Positions 12,370 through 22,204 of a stretch of 64,000 nucleotides of DNA are shown piece after piece. The notes below the pieces were generated by a model. It worked only from the letters and a program-made list of their open reading frames with translations, searched no databases and was not told where the DNA came from. The DNA lies in assembly GCA_038061755.1 (NCBI GenBank), contig JBBTYN010000004.1, positions 3,198 through 67,197 on the forward strand, written 5' to 3'. The first letter of the stretch is position 1; the number at the start of each line of letters is the position of its first letter. Source of the stretch: Patescibacteria group bacterium (GTDB lineage: Bacteria; Patescibacteriota; Minisyncoccia; Phycocordibacterales; UBA9973). The position numbers and the translations under genes were made by a program.

Positions 12370-13383
12370 ATGAGATTTTTTTCACGTAAATTAGGAATAG
12401 ATTTAGGTACAGCCAATACTTTAGTATTTATACCTGGTAAGGGTATTGTTTTAAATGAGCCTTCAGTTGTGGCAGTTTCTGAACAGGATAATAAAATTAT
12501 AGCGATTGGTTTTGAGGCGAAAGACATGATAGGCAAAACTCCAGATTCAATAATTACTTATTGTCCTATGAAAGATGGAGTTATTGCAGATTATAGAGTG
12601 ACCGAAGCAATGCTTCGTTATTTTATAAGTAAGGCAATGGGTAAATTTAGTTTTTTTAAGCCAGATGTAATGGTTTCTGTTCCTGCTGGTGTTACCTCTA
12701 CTGAAAGACGAGCTGTGATTGAAGCAGCAATACGCGCGGGCGCTAAAAATGCTTATGTGGTTAAGGAGCCAATATTGGCAGCGATTGGCGCTGGAATTCC
12801 TATTTATGAATCAAAAGGTTATATGGTAGTTGATATTGGCGGAGGCACAACAGATGTAGCTGTAATATCCTTAGGTGGGATTGTCGCATCAACTTCAGTT
12901 AAATTTGCTGGAAATAAAATAGATATTGCGATAGCAGATTATATTAAAAAAACTTTTAATCTTGCAATTGGCGATAGGACAGCCGAAGAAGTTAAAATTA
13001 AAATTGGTGCGGCGGTACCTTTAGAAGAAGAGCTTCGTGTGACAATCAAGGGTAGAGATTTTATTCAAGGATTACCTCGAAGCGCTCAAGTAGGAACTAA
13101 TGAAATAGTAAAAGCCATAGATGCAGAATTAAGGCAAATTATAAAAGCAATCAAAGATGTCTTACAAGAAATTCCACCAGAGCTTGCTTCCGACATTATT
13201 GATCATGGAATTATTATGACGGGTGGTTCTTCTCAATTACGAAATCTTACAGATTTGGTTTATAGAAAAACTGGAGTTAAAGCTACTTTAGCTGAAGATC
13301 CTCTTTTTTGTGTGGTTAAAGGCACAGGTATTGCTTTGGAACATTTAAGTGTTTATAAGAAAACAGTTTTAAGTAAGAAATGA
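12370..13383 (+). CDS. mreB: rod shape-determining protein MreB
   Basis: GIDLGTANT; VVDIGGGTTD; start at MRFF. Confidence 0.96.
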   Translation: MRFFSRKLGIDLGTANTLVFIPGKGIVLNEPSVVAVSEQDNKIIAIGFEAKDMIGKTPDSIITYCPMKDGVIADYRVTEAMLRYFISKAMGKFSFFKPDVMVSVPAGVTSTERRAVIEAAIRAGAKNAYVVKEPILAAIGAGIPIYESKGYMVVDIGGGTTDVAVISLGGIVASTSVKFAGNKIDIAIADYIKKTFNLAIGDRTAEEVKIKIGAAVPLEEELRVTIKGRDFIQGLPRSAQVGTNEIVKAIDAELRQIIKAIKDVLQEIPPELASDIIDHGIIMTGGSSQLRNLTDLVYRKTGVKATLAEDPLFCVVKGTGIALEHLSVYKKTVLSKK

Positions 13384-14165
13384 TTTCAAAACATTTAGAT
13401 AAGAATAATTTACACCATGCGTACTTGATAGAAGGCGCACAAAGTAAAATTATTCCGGATATCATAAAATTTTTAAAAAGTTTAGGTATAAACACTGTTG
13501 GTAATCCTGATTTTGTTAATATCTCAATTGATAATTTTAAAATTGATGAGGCTTTTAGTTTACGTTCCATGTCATCAGATAAAGGATTTTCTTCTGCTCT
13601 ATCTGCGCAGGCAGGAAAAAAGATATTTATGATTTGCGTTAACAATGTATCTTTAGATGCTCAAAATGTATTGCTAAAAATGTTTGAAGAGCCAATAGAA
13701 AATACACACTTTTTTTTGATAGTACCAGACGTTAATGCTCTTCTAAAAACTTTAGTCTCTAGATTTTATTTTGTTTCAGCTAGGCAAGATCTAGCTGAAA
13801 CAGAAGAAACGAGAAAGGCAGAAAAATTTATTACTATGTCGTTAAAAAGCAGAATTGATTTCATTAAAGAATTATTAGTAGAAGAGGAAACAGAAGATGA
13901 AGATGGAAATGAAATAGTTGTTTTAAATTCCACTCGTTCTAAAGCTTTAAAGTTTTTAAATGCGCTAGAGTTTGTTTTGCATAAAAAAATCTTAGATGTG
14001 TCCTTTAATATAAGTTTCTTTGAACATTTTTTTAAAGTTCGTAAATATTTACGTATGCCAGGTTCGTCCGCTAAAAGTTTAATGGAGTCAGTGGCATTAA
14101 TTATACCAAATATGTTACAATATGGAGTACCATATAAAAATGGCATTCGGACATTAAACAAATAA
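13380..14165 (+). CDS. holB: DNA polymerase III delta-prime-like clamp loader subunit (degenerate)
   Basis: HHAYLIEG; AQNVLLKMFEEP; LLKTLVSR. Confidence 0.75.
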   Translation: MISKHLDKNNLHHAYLIEGAQSKIIPDIIKFLKSLGINTVGNPDFVNISIDNFKIDEAFSLRSMSSDKGFSSALSAQAGKKIFMICVNNVSLDAQNVLLKMFEEPIENTHFFLIVPDVNALLKTLVSRFYFVSARQDLAETEETRKAEKFITMSLKSRIDFIKELLVEEETEDEDGNEIVVLNSTRSKALKFLNALEFVLHKKILDVSFNISFFEHFFKVRKYLRMPGSSAKSLMESVALIIPNMLQYGVPYKNGIRTLNK

Positions 14166-14200
14166 ATTTGTTTATGCTCCTCATTTAATTTTATAAAACT

Positions 14201-14752
14201 ATGCAATATAATTTTTCAAATTTTAAAAATGAACTTAAAAAAGTAGAAGAATTTTTGAGTAAAGAATACAGTCAGTTGAATATCGGACGGGCATCGCCGA
14301 TGATTTTGGACGGAGTGTTCGTTGAATCATACGGTTCTTATGTTCCACTTAAGAATGTAGCTTCTGTGTCTATTGAAGATCCTAAGACATTGCGTATTGC
14401 ACCTTGGGATAAAAGTCAGGTAAAAGGTATTGAAAAGGCTATTGTTGATTCAAATTTAGGATTATCTGTGGCGACTGATGACTTAGGTATAAGAGTTATT
14501 TTTCCACAATTAACGACTGATACAAGAAAAACTCTTGTAAAAGTTTTAAAAGAAAAATTAGAAGAACAAAGAATTACTGTGCGTAAAGAACGTGAGGTGG
14601 TGTTTCGTGACATAGAAGTGAAAGAAAAAGAAGGCAAAATGACTGAAGACGAGTTGTTTCGCGCAAAAGAAGAATTACAAAAAATTATTAATGAAACCAA
14701 TGACAATCTTGAAGCAATTTTTGAGAAAAAAGAAAAAGAAGTAATGGGTTAA
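14201..14752 (+). CDS. frr: ribosome recycling factor
   Basis: GRASP..LD; APWDK; PQLTTDTR. Confidence 0.96.
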   Translation: MQYNFSNFKNELKKVEEFLSKEYSQLNIGRASPMILDGVFVESYGSYVPLKNVASVSIEDPKTLRIAPWDKSQVKGIEKAIVDSNLGLSVATDDLGIRVIFPQLTTDTRKTLVKVLKEKLEEQRITVRKEREVVFRDIEVKEKEGKMTEDELFRAKEELQKIINETNDNLEAIFEKKEKEVMG

Positions 14753-14756
14753 TGAT

Positions 14757-15911
14757 ATGAGCATTATAATTTTTATCATAATACTTTTGGTGCTGGTGTT
14801 GGTTCATGAGTTTGGACATTTTTTTACAGCGAAAAAATTTGGTATTAGGGTGGATGAATTTGGTTTTGGTTTTCCGCCTAAATTATTTAGTTTTAAGAAA
14901 GGGGAAACAGAATATTCTTTTAATTTATTGCCACTAGGCGGTTTTGTAAAAATATTTGGCGAGAATGTTGATGAAGCTGATTTTGTGGAAGTTGGGTTTT
15001 TAGATAAAAAAGAAACTTCTGAAAAAATTGAATTAGCAAAAAGAAGTTTAGCAAACAAACCAAAATGGCAACAAGCCATAGTACTTTTTGCTGGGATTTT
15101 TGCTAATTTTTTATTGGCATGGATTTTATTTTCTATTGGTTTTATGTCCGGACTTCCGACATCGGTTGGTAGTGAAGTTGCTGGTTATAAACTTCAAGAT
15201 GTGCATTTAGTAATTGTTTCTATTTTGCCAAAATCCCCCGCTGAAAATGCCGGACTTAAAATTGGTGATAAAATAATAAATATACAGAGTTTACCCGCCG
15301 GAGGCGTCAGTGGTGGTAATTTCACTACTTACATAAACCCTGAAATTATAAAAGATTTTATAGTTTCAGGGAAAGGCAAAGAAATTGATATTGGATATAT
15401 TCGAGGAAAAAATTCTGAAGTAAATATTGCTAAAGTAAGTCCAAAAGAAAATAATGGACAATTTACTATTGGAATTTCAATGGACGAGATTGGTACGGCT
15501 AAATTACCCTTTTTTACGGCACTTTGGGAAGGAATGAAGTTGAACTGGTTTATGATTAAAAATACTGCTGTAGGGCTTTATACGCTTATAAAAGAAGGCA
15601 TACAAGGAAAAGGAAGCTTCGCTTCCGTTACTGGTCCTGTCGGCATAGTGGGTATTGTTGGTGATGCTTATCAGTTTGGTTTTGTTTACCTTTTGTCTTT
15701 TACCGCCCTAATTTCAATAAATCTCGCAATTATAAATTTAATACCATTTCCAGCTCTTGATGGTGGAAGACTTTTCTTTCTATTGATTGAAAAAATAAAA
15801 GGATCACGTATTAGTCCAAAAATTGCAAATACTGTAAACATGATTGGTTTTGGTATTTTGATATTGCTTATGGTTGTTATTACTTTTCATGATGTAGCTA
15901 AGTTGTTTTAG
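14757..15911 (+). CDS. rseP: site-2 protease (M50) with PDZ domain
   Basis: HEFGH; NLIPFPALDGG. Confidence 0.93.
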   Translation: MSIIIFIIILLVLVLVHEFGHFFTAKKFGIRVDEFGFGFPPKLFSFKKGETEYSFNLLPLGGFVKIFGENVDEADFVEVGFLDKKETSEKIELAKRSLANKPKWQQAIVLFAGIFANFLLAWILFSIGFMSGLPTSVGSEVAGYKLQDVHLVIVSILPKSPAENAGLKIGDKIINIQSLPAGGVSGGNFTTYINPEIIKDFIVSGKGKEIDIGYIRGKNSEVNIAKVSPKENNGQFTIGISMDEIGTAKLPFFTALWEGMKLNWFMIKNTAVGLYTLIKEGIQGKGSFASVTGPVGIVGIVGDAYQFGFVYLLSFTALISINLAIINLIPFPALDGGRLFFLLIEKIKGSRISPKIANTVNMIGFGILILLMVVITFHDVAKLF

Positions 15912-15912
15912 T

Positions 15913-16881
15913 ATGAAAAAGAAAAAAATAAAAATCGGGGTGCTTTTTGGGGGAAAATCAGCAGAACATGAGGTGTCGCTTAAATCTGCCAGCAATGTAA
16001 TTAAAGCTCTAGATAAAACAAAATATCACATAACCTCAATAAAAATAAATAAAGACGGAAAATTTGATTTTAATAATCTCAAGAATTTTGATGTGATTTT
16101 TCCAGTGATGCATGGACCTTTTGGCGAAGATGGTAGTATGCAAGGGCTTTTAAAGCTTGCAAATATTCCTTTTGTGGGACCTGGTGTGTTAGGTTCAGCG
16201 GTTGGAATGGACAAAGATGTTACAAAAAGACTTTTACAAGATGCTGGTATTCCTATTGGAAAATTCACTACTTTTAAATTTGGCGATAAAATAAATTTTA
16301 GTAAAGCAAAAAAAGAACTTGGTTTACCACTTTTTATAAAACCGGCAAACATGGGTTCGTCAGTTGGAGTCAGTAAAGTGCGAAATGAAAAAGAATTTAA
16401 AAAAGGTATTAACGAAGCTTTTAAATTTGACACAAAAGTAATTATTGAAGAATTCATCGATGGACGGGAAATAGAATGTGCATTACTTGGCAACGATACA
16501 CCTATGGTATCTATCCCGGGTGAAATTATCGCCAATCAGGATTTTTATTCTTACGACGCAAAATATATAGATGAAGGATCGGTCGCAGAAATTCCAGCAA
16601 AAATTAATAAAAAAATAATAAAAAGAATTCAGGAATTGGCAATTAAGACATTCCAGGCGCTTAATTGCGAAGGGATGAGTCGGGTAGATTTTTTTCTTAA
16701 AAAAAATGGAGATATTTTTGTAAATGAAATAAATACAATTCCAGGATTTACTGATATTAGTATGTATCCAAAATTATGGGAAACGAGCGGTATTTCTGTA
16801 TCAAAACTTTTAGATAGGTTGATTGAATTAGCAATAGAGCGATTTGAAAAAGAACAAAAATTACAAACAACAGTTAAATAA
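15913..16881 (+). CDS. ddl: D-alanine--D-alanine ligase
   Basis: GGKSAEHEVS; HGPFGEDG; GSSVG; NEINTIPG. Confidence 0.97.
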   Translation: MKKKKIKIGVLFGGKSAEHEVSLKSASNVIKALDKTKYHITSIKINKDGKFDFNNLKNFDVIFPVMHGPFGEDGSMQGLLKLANIPFVGPGVLGSAVGMDKDVTKRLLQDAGIPIGKFTTFKFGDKINFSKAKKELGLPLFIKPANMGSSVGVSKVRNEKEFKKGINEAFKFDTKVIIEEFIDGREIECALLGNDTPMVSIPGEIIANQDFYSYDAKYIDEGSVAEIPAKINKKIIKRIQELAIKTFQALNCEGMSRVDFFLKKNGDIFVNEINTIPGFTDISMYPKLWETSGISVSKLLDRLIELAIERFEKEQKLQTTVK

Positions 16882-16883
16882 TT

Positions 16884-18020
16884 GTGAAGAATAATTTATC
16901 CCTATCTTATCTTGAGCTATCTAAAAAGAACCTGATTTATAATATCAAGCAGTTTAAAAATTTAGCCAAAAAAGGCACAAGATTTTCTGTGGCTATAAAG
17001 GGGAACGCTTACGGTCATGGACAAAATGAGATAGCTCAGATTCTTGATCCGTATGTAGATTATTTTCAAGTGGATAGTTTTGAAGAGTTGAAATTATTAA
17101 GAAAAGTAAGTAAAAAAGAAACTTTAGTTTTAGGATATGTACAAAAGTCAAACTTAAAGGAAGTTTTTAAACTAAAATGTATTTTATCTGTTTTTTCTAT
17201 AGAGCAATTACAAGCAATCTCCGCTATGGCGGAGATTGCTGAAAAAGTTCAAGAAATTCATTTACCTATAGATGCATACCTTGGACGGGAAGGATTTTTA
17301 TTAAATGAATTACTTAAAGTTTTTAAAGAAATAAAAAAGTGTAAGTTTATAAAAATTACTGGTATTTATGCACATTTTGCAAACATAGAAGATACTTCGA
17401 ATTTTATTCATGCGCAGAAACAAATCAAAGAATATCAGAAAGCTTTAATGTTGGCAAAAGAATTTGATTTTAAAAATTTACAGACTCATATTTCAGCCAC
17501 TTCTGGACTTTTAGTTTATGAAAAAAATCAGGGAATTAATTCAATCATACGTTTGGGTATTGGAATTTATGGTATTTGGCCTTCAGTAGATTTAAAATCT
17601 AGGTACAACAATAAAATTAATTTAAAACCAGTACTTGCGTGGAAAACAAAAATCGCACAAATTAAAACTTTACCAAAGGAGAGAACTATTGGTTACGGGT
17701 TAACTTATAAAACAAAAAAAGAAACTAAAATTGCCATTATTCCGCAAGGTTATGCAGACGGATTTGATCGAGGTTTTTCCAATAACGGTTTTGTTTTAAT
17801 TGGTGGTACTAGATGTAAAATATTGGGTAGAGTTTCTATAAATATGTTTGTGGTAGATATAAGCCATTTAAATAAAGTTAAAATTGAAGATGAAGTGATA
17901 ATTTTAGGTAAGCAGAAAAAAGAGGAAATCACTGCAGAAGAGATGGCAGGAAGAATAAATACTATTAACTATGAGATAACGACGCGCATTAGCACTCTAT
18001 TGCCGAGAGTTATTGTATAG
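16884..18020 (+). CDS. alr: alanine racemase
   Basis: AIKGNAYGHG; GYADG; INYE. Confidence 0.95.
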   Translation: MKNNLSLSYLELSKKNLIYNIKQFKNLAKKGTRFSVAIKGNAYGHGQNEIAQILDPYVDYFQVDSFEELKLLRKVSKKETLVLGYVQKSNLKEVFKLKCILSVFSIEQLQAISAMAEIAEKVQEIHLPIDAYLGREGFLLNELLKVFKEIKKCKFIKITGIYAHFANIEDTSNFIHAQKQIKEYQKALMLAKEFDFKNLQTHISATSGLLVYEKNQGINSIIRLGIGIYGIWPSVDLKSRYNNKINLKPVLAWKTKIAQIKTLPKERTIGYGLTYKTKKETKIAIIPQGYADGFDRGFSNNGFVLIGGTRCKILGRVSINMFVVDISHLNKVKIEDEVIILGKQKKEEITAEEMAGRINTINYEITTRISTLLPRVIV

Positions 18021-18024
18021 CCCT

Positions 18025-18055
18025 GCCCCGTACTGAGTTTGCTCTAGTTCGGGGT
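18025..18055. repeat. imperfect GC-rich hairpin after alr (possible terminator)
   Basis: gccccgtactgagtttgctctagttcggggt followed by a T-rich tract. Confidence 0.5.
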
Positions 18056-18089
18056 TGCTTTTTAGGCTTTTTTATACTAATCTATATAT

Positions 18090-18248
18090 ATGTCACAAGA
18101 TAGACTTATAAAACTTGCCTGTGGAACTTGCAAACGCATAAATTACTGGTCCAGTAAGAACAAAAAACTCGTCACAAAAAAGATTGAGCTTAAAAAATTC
18201 TGCAAATGGTGCCGAAAGCAGACTAAACATAAAGAGACCAAAAAGTAG
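18090..18248 (+). CDS. rpmG: 50S ribosomal protein L33 (Zn-binding type); not in ORF track
   Basis: MSQDRLIKLACGTCKRINYWSSKNKKLVTKKIELKKFCKWCRKQTKHKETKK. Confidence 0.95.
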   Translation: MSQDRLIKLACGTCKRINYWSSKNKKLVTKKIELKKFCKWCRKQTKHKETKK

Positions 18249-18313
18249 ATTTTCTCTGTTTTTCTGTTATACTAAAGACGGCCATTGGTCGTTTTTTTAT
18301 TTAGTTATTATAA

Positions 18314-18384
18314 GGGCGATTAGTTTAGTGGTAGAACGAAGGCCTCCAAATCCTTTGGCGGGGGTTCGATTCCCTCATCGCCCG
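18314..18384 (+). tRNA. trnW: tRNA-Trp(CCA)
   Basis: GGGCGAT/ATCGCCC acceptor stem; loop CTCCAAA; GTTCGATTC T-arm; follows rpmG. Confidence 0.93.
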
Positions 18385-18455
18385 CATGCAAAAAAATTAT
18401 AAATATTTAAGCGCAATTTTTAATCCGTTTGCAATAAAAGAATAATTTTTAAAAA

Positions 18456-18797
18456 TTATTCCTCTCTGTCAAATATTTCCAAAATCCAGTTTACTATTGC
18501 AAGTACTATACCAAATAAAAGTGCATACCAGAAACTATCTACTGTAAATCCGAGTACGATATAGCTTGCAAGCATAACAAGTAGTCCATTGATAACTAAT
18601 ACAAAAAGTCCAAGCGTTAAGATTGTAATAGGCAAGGTTAAAAATATAAGTATTGGACGCAAAATTAGATTAATAGCTCCAAGAACAACTGCCAGAACAA
18701 ATGCCGCAAGTAAACTACTTACATGAACTCCGGGTAAAATATAAGCTGTTATTAATATAGCGATAGTCGAAACAATAAAATGTATAAATGTTTTCAT
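18456..18797 (-). CDS. YvlD/phage-holin-4-like membrane protein
   Basis: N..LRPIL..LTLP..ILTLGLF..VIN motif; 4 TM. Confidence 0.85.
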   Translation of the reverse strand: MKTFIHFIVSTIAILITAYILPGVHVSSLLAAFVLAVVLGAINLILRPILIFLTLPITILTLGLFVLVINGLLVMLASYIVLGFTVDSFWYALLFGIVLAIVNWILEIFDREE

Positions 18798-19645
18798 AGT
18801 TTATTTATTGTAGCAGATTTTGATGCGTCAATCCACTTTATTTCTTTATCTCGTTTAAACCACGTCATTTGACGTTTGGCGTATTTAAGAGTTTCTGAAA
18901 TTACTTTTTCTGGCGTTGGATTATAATATTCAAAACCTAATTCTTTTAACCTTTTTTTCGAGACACCGGAACGTTTTAATTTTTTTATTTCATTAAGTAA
19001 ACCCATTTTGAACATTTTTTTTACTCTTTTTTCTACTTTTTTCTTTAATTTTTCTTCTGGTAAATATAATCCAATTTTTATAAATTTATACGGAGGAGTT
19101 TTTTCCGTAATTTTTGGGACTTTACCGAGAGCCTTTGCTATTTCAATCGCCCTAATTATCCTGACCTTATTATTTTGTTCATTTTTATTTTTTATATTTT
19201 TTGCTCGAGTCTTATCTAATTTAAATAATATATGAAATAATGCGGTCGCATCTTTTCGTAGCATCTCTTTGCGAAGTTTTATATCTGGCGGGACTTCTGG
19301 GAAAATTATTCCTTTAGTTATTGCATCAATATAAAATCCTGTGCCTCCGCAAATTATAGGAATATTACTGCGAGCTAATATTTCTTTTATTTTTTCTTCT
19401 GCAAGTTTTTTATATTCTGCAACTGTAAATCTATGCCTAGGATTTACCACATCAAGCAAGTGATGAGGTACACCCTTCATTTCTTTTTTGGTAATTTTAC
19501 CGGTGCCAATATCAAGACTTTTATATACTTGTCTAGAATCAGCAGAGATAATTTCCCCATTTATTTTTCGGGCGATTTTAACCGCTAAATTACTTTTACC
19601 AGTAGCGGTTTGACCTAGAATTATTATTACTTTTGGCTTTTGCAT
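18794..19645 (-). CDS. miaA: tRNA dimethylallyltransferase
   Basis: GQTATGKS; ISADSRQVY; GGTGFY; YAKRQMTWF. Confidence 0.97.
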   Translation of the reverse strand: MQKPKVIIILGQTATGKSNLAVKIARKINGEIISADSRQVYKSLDIGTGKITKKEMKGVPHHLLDVVNPRHRFTVAEYKKLAEEKIKEILARSNIPIICGGTGFYIDAITKGIIFPEVPPDIKLRKEMLRKDATALFHILFKLDKTRAKNIKNKNEQNNKVRIIRAIEIAKALGKVPKITEKTPPYKFIKIGLYLPEEKLKKKVEKRVKKMFKMGLLNEIKKLKRSGVSKKRLKELGFEYYNPTPEKVISETLKYAKRQMTWFKRDKEIKWIDASKSATINKL

Positions 19646-19647
19646 GT

Positions 19648-20970
19648 TTACTTTAAAATCTTAATATCTGCACCGATAGAGTTTAGTCTTTGAGCTATTT
19701 CTTCATAACCACGATTTATCATATACACATTACGAAGGATTGAGGTTCCTTGAGCTGCTAACATAGAAATAAGAATAACCATTGATGGGCGAAGGGCTGG
19801 TGGACATACTACTTGAGCCGCTTTGAGTGGTGTACCACCTTGAATATAAACTCTATGAGGATCTGCAAGAGTAATATTGGCACCTAGGCGATTTAACTCG
19901 GTAAAATAAATTGCGCGATCTTCGTAAACCCAATCGTGAATCATGGTTTGACCTTTTGCTCGAATAGCTATAGGCACAAAAAAAGGCAGATTGTCTATAT
20001 TTATTCCAGGATAAGGGTTTGAGTGAATTTTATCATCTAAGGCTTTTAACTTACTGGGGAATATTTCAATATCGGCGAGTTTAGTGCGACCATTGTATGA
20101 ATAATATTTTTTTAGTATTTTATATTTTAAATTCATTCTTTTTAATTTTTCAAGTTCTAAAGAAAGAAAATCTATTGGGCATCTAGTTATTGTGAGTTTT
20201 GAATCTGTAACAATGCAAGCAGAAATAAACATCATAGATTCAATTGGGTCTTCACTATTCCAATATTCAATATCTTTATTTATTTCTTTTATTCCATGAA
20301 CAACTAAGGTAGCTGTACCTATGCCATCTATTTTTACTCCTAATGCTTCAAGGAAGAAACAAATTTCTTGAACCATGTAGTTTGCGCTGGCAAAAGAAAC
20401 AGTTGTAATTCCAGGGATTAGAGCTGCTGCTGTTAAAATATTTTCACAAGCAGTATCTCCAGATTCATACATAACTATTTCGGCTGGCTTTAATTTTTTT
20501 GCAGTAATTTCATAATTTTTTGCTGTAGTTTTTATATTTACTCCTAAAGTTTCTAAAGCGTAAATATGAGCAGCAACTGTGCGTTTTCCTAGATTACACC
20601 CTTGCGCATGAGGTAAAGAAAAAAAAGAAAGGGCATGGATTAATGGCCCCATCAACATAACCACTGAACGTGTCTTAATAGCTGACTCAATATTTATTTT
20701 TTTTAAATTAAATTGTTTAGGAGGCGTGATTATCACTGTATTTTGATCTTGCCATTTGATTTTTACACCGATACTTTCTAGTATTTCAATTACCCTGTTT
20801 ACTTCTTCAATCCTAGCAATACCATGGAGGGTAGTAGTGCCTTTGTTTAATAAAGAAGCGCAAAGAAGCCCCACTGAGCCATTTTTAGAAAAATTTGTTT
20901 TTATAGTTCCACTCAATTTTTTCCCGCCATTTACCTGAAAATCAATTGAATCATTTCGTTGTAATTTCAT
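19648..20970 (-). CDS. murA: UDP-N-acetylglucosamine 1-carboxyvinyltransferase
   Basis: SKN; GCNLGKR; PYPG; INRGYE. Confidence 0.9.
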   Translation of the reverse strand: MKLQRNDSIDFQVNGGKKLSGTIKTNFSKNGSVGLLCASLLNKGTTTLHGIARIEEVNRVIEILESIGVKIKWQDQNTVIITPPKQFNLKKINIESAIKTRSVVMLMGPLIHALSFFSLPHAQGCNLGKRTVAAHIYALETLGVNIKTTAKNYEITAKKLKPAEIVMYESGDTACENILTAAALIPGITTVSFASANYMVQEICFFLEALGVKIDGIGTATLVVHGIKEINKDIEYWNSEDPIESMMFISACIVTDSKLTITRCPIDFLSLELEKLKRMNLKYKILKKYYSYNGRTKLADIEIFPSKLKALDDKIHSNPYPGINIDNLPFFVPIAIRAKGQTMIHDWVYEDRAIYFTELNRLGANITLADPHRVYIQGGTPLKAAQVVCPPALRPSMVILISMLAAQGTSILRNVYMINRGYEEIAQRLNSIGADIKILK

Positions 20971-20997
20971 TTTTTTAACATTTTTTTATTATTAATG

Positions 20998-21081
20998 TGC
21001 CCAAGGAGAGAATCGAACTCTCATGATGTTGCCATCAATAGATTTTGAGTCTATCGCGTCTACCAATTCCGCCACCTGGGC
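20998..21081 (-). tRNA. trnL: tRNA-Leu(CAA)
   Basis: GCCCAGGTGGCGGAATTGGTAGACGC; stem ATAGA-CTCAAAA-TCTAT; long variable arm. Confidence 0.95.
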
Positions 21082-21127
21082 TTTTCCACATTTACACTTT
21101 ACTAAATTTTTGTGTTAAAATCAATCC

Positions 21128-22138
21128 ATGTCAAATCTATATTCCAATTCAATTTTTTGGATTGATACTGATAAAATAAAACCAAATCCTTTTCAACCAA
21201 GACGAGATTTTGATGAAGCTCGTTTGCAAGACTTAGCTGATTCAATAAAACAATATGGAGTTCTTCAGCCACTTATAGTTTCTCGAGTAGAGGTAGAAAA
21301 AGATGGTGGCGGACTTGTAACTGAATATGAATTAATAGCTGGAGAGCGCAGGCTTCGAGCTGCTAAGATTGCAATGGTATCGCAAGTGCCAGCTGTAATT
21401 CGTGCAGGAGATACAGCTTTAATGAAACTTGAGCTTGCGATTATTGAAAATTTACAGCGCGAAGATTTAAACGTCATTGATAGGGCTCGAGCTTTTTTTC
21501 GCTTAGTTACTGAATTTAAATTTACCCACAATGAAGTAGCAAAAAAGATGGGCAGAAGCAGGGAATATGTTTCAAATACTTTGCGTATTTTAACCCTACC
21601 AGAAGAAATTTTAAATGGTTTATCCGAAGGAAAAATTTCCGAAGGACATACTAGGCCTATTTTGATGCTCGCAGACCATCCTCAAGAACAATTAGTTTTA
21701 TTTAAAGAAATTGTTTACAAAAAAATTACCGTACGTGAGGCAGAAAGATTAGCGAGAAAAATAGCTTATGATCGTGTACGCAAGAAAGAATTTATGCCAG
21801 ATCCAGAAATTACGGAACTGGAAGAAGAATTTCAAGAAAAATTAGGCACTCGTGTTCACATAGATAGAAAAGAATTAGGTGGACAAATTAAAATTGATTT
21901 TTTTTCTACCGAAGATTTGCGAACAATTTTAGATTTAATTCATAAAGGAGAAGTTGAAAAAAAACCTGAAGAAATGATGGATAATTATATTACAAATTCA
22001 GAGGTTAAATCTTTGGAGTTTGGACGTCCAGAATCCGAATTTTTAACATCAAAAGAAGCTCCAGTTGACGACAGATCCAAAGAAGAAGCAGAAAAAGACG
22101 AGACTGATTTATATAATATTTCTAATTTTAGCGTTTAA
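21128..22138 (+). CDS. parB: ParB/Spo0J partition protein with acidic C-terminal tail
   Basis: NPFQPR; IAGERRLRA; IENLQREDL; HTH. Confidence 0.95.
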   Translation: MSNLYSNSIFWIDTDKIKPNPFQPRRDFDEARLQDLADSIKQYGVLQPLIVSRVEVEKDGGGLVTEYELIAGERRLRAAKIAMVSQVPAVIRAGDTALMKLELAIIENLQREDLNVIDRARAFFRLVTEFKFTHNEVAKKMGRSREYVSNTLRILTLPEEILNGLSEGKISEGHTRPILMLADHPQEQLVLFKEIVYKKITVREAERLARKIAYDRVRKKEFMPDPEITELEEEFQEKLGTRVHIDRKELGGQIKIDFFSTEDLRTILDLIHKGEVEKKPEEMMDNYITNSEVKSLEFGRPESEFLTSKEAPVDDRSKEEAEKDETDLYNISNFSV

Positions 22139-22144
22139 GTAAAT

Positions 22145-22200
22145 TGCCAAAGATGCCAAAGATGCCCTTTGACACTGAGTGTCAAAGGGCATCTTTGGCA
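22145..22200. repeat. palindrome of the GCCAAAG-N5-CTTTGAC family (core orientation ATGCC) with 9-bp left-arm duplication; between convergent parB and rel
   Basis: tgccaaaga tgccaaagatgccctttgacact g agtgtcaaagggcatctttggca. Confidence 0.92.
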
Positions 22201-22204
22201 AACA

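Noticed and set aside
18184-18402. 72-aa ORF
   Set aside because: Overlaps rpmG and tRNA-Trp; spurious
18456-18797. Prophage suggested by holin-family gene
   Set aside because: YvlD-like proteins are common chromosomal genes; no phage genes nearby
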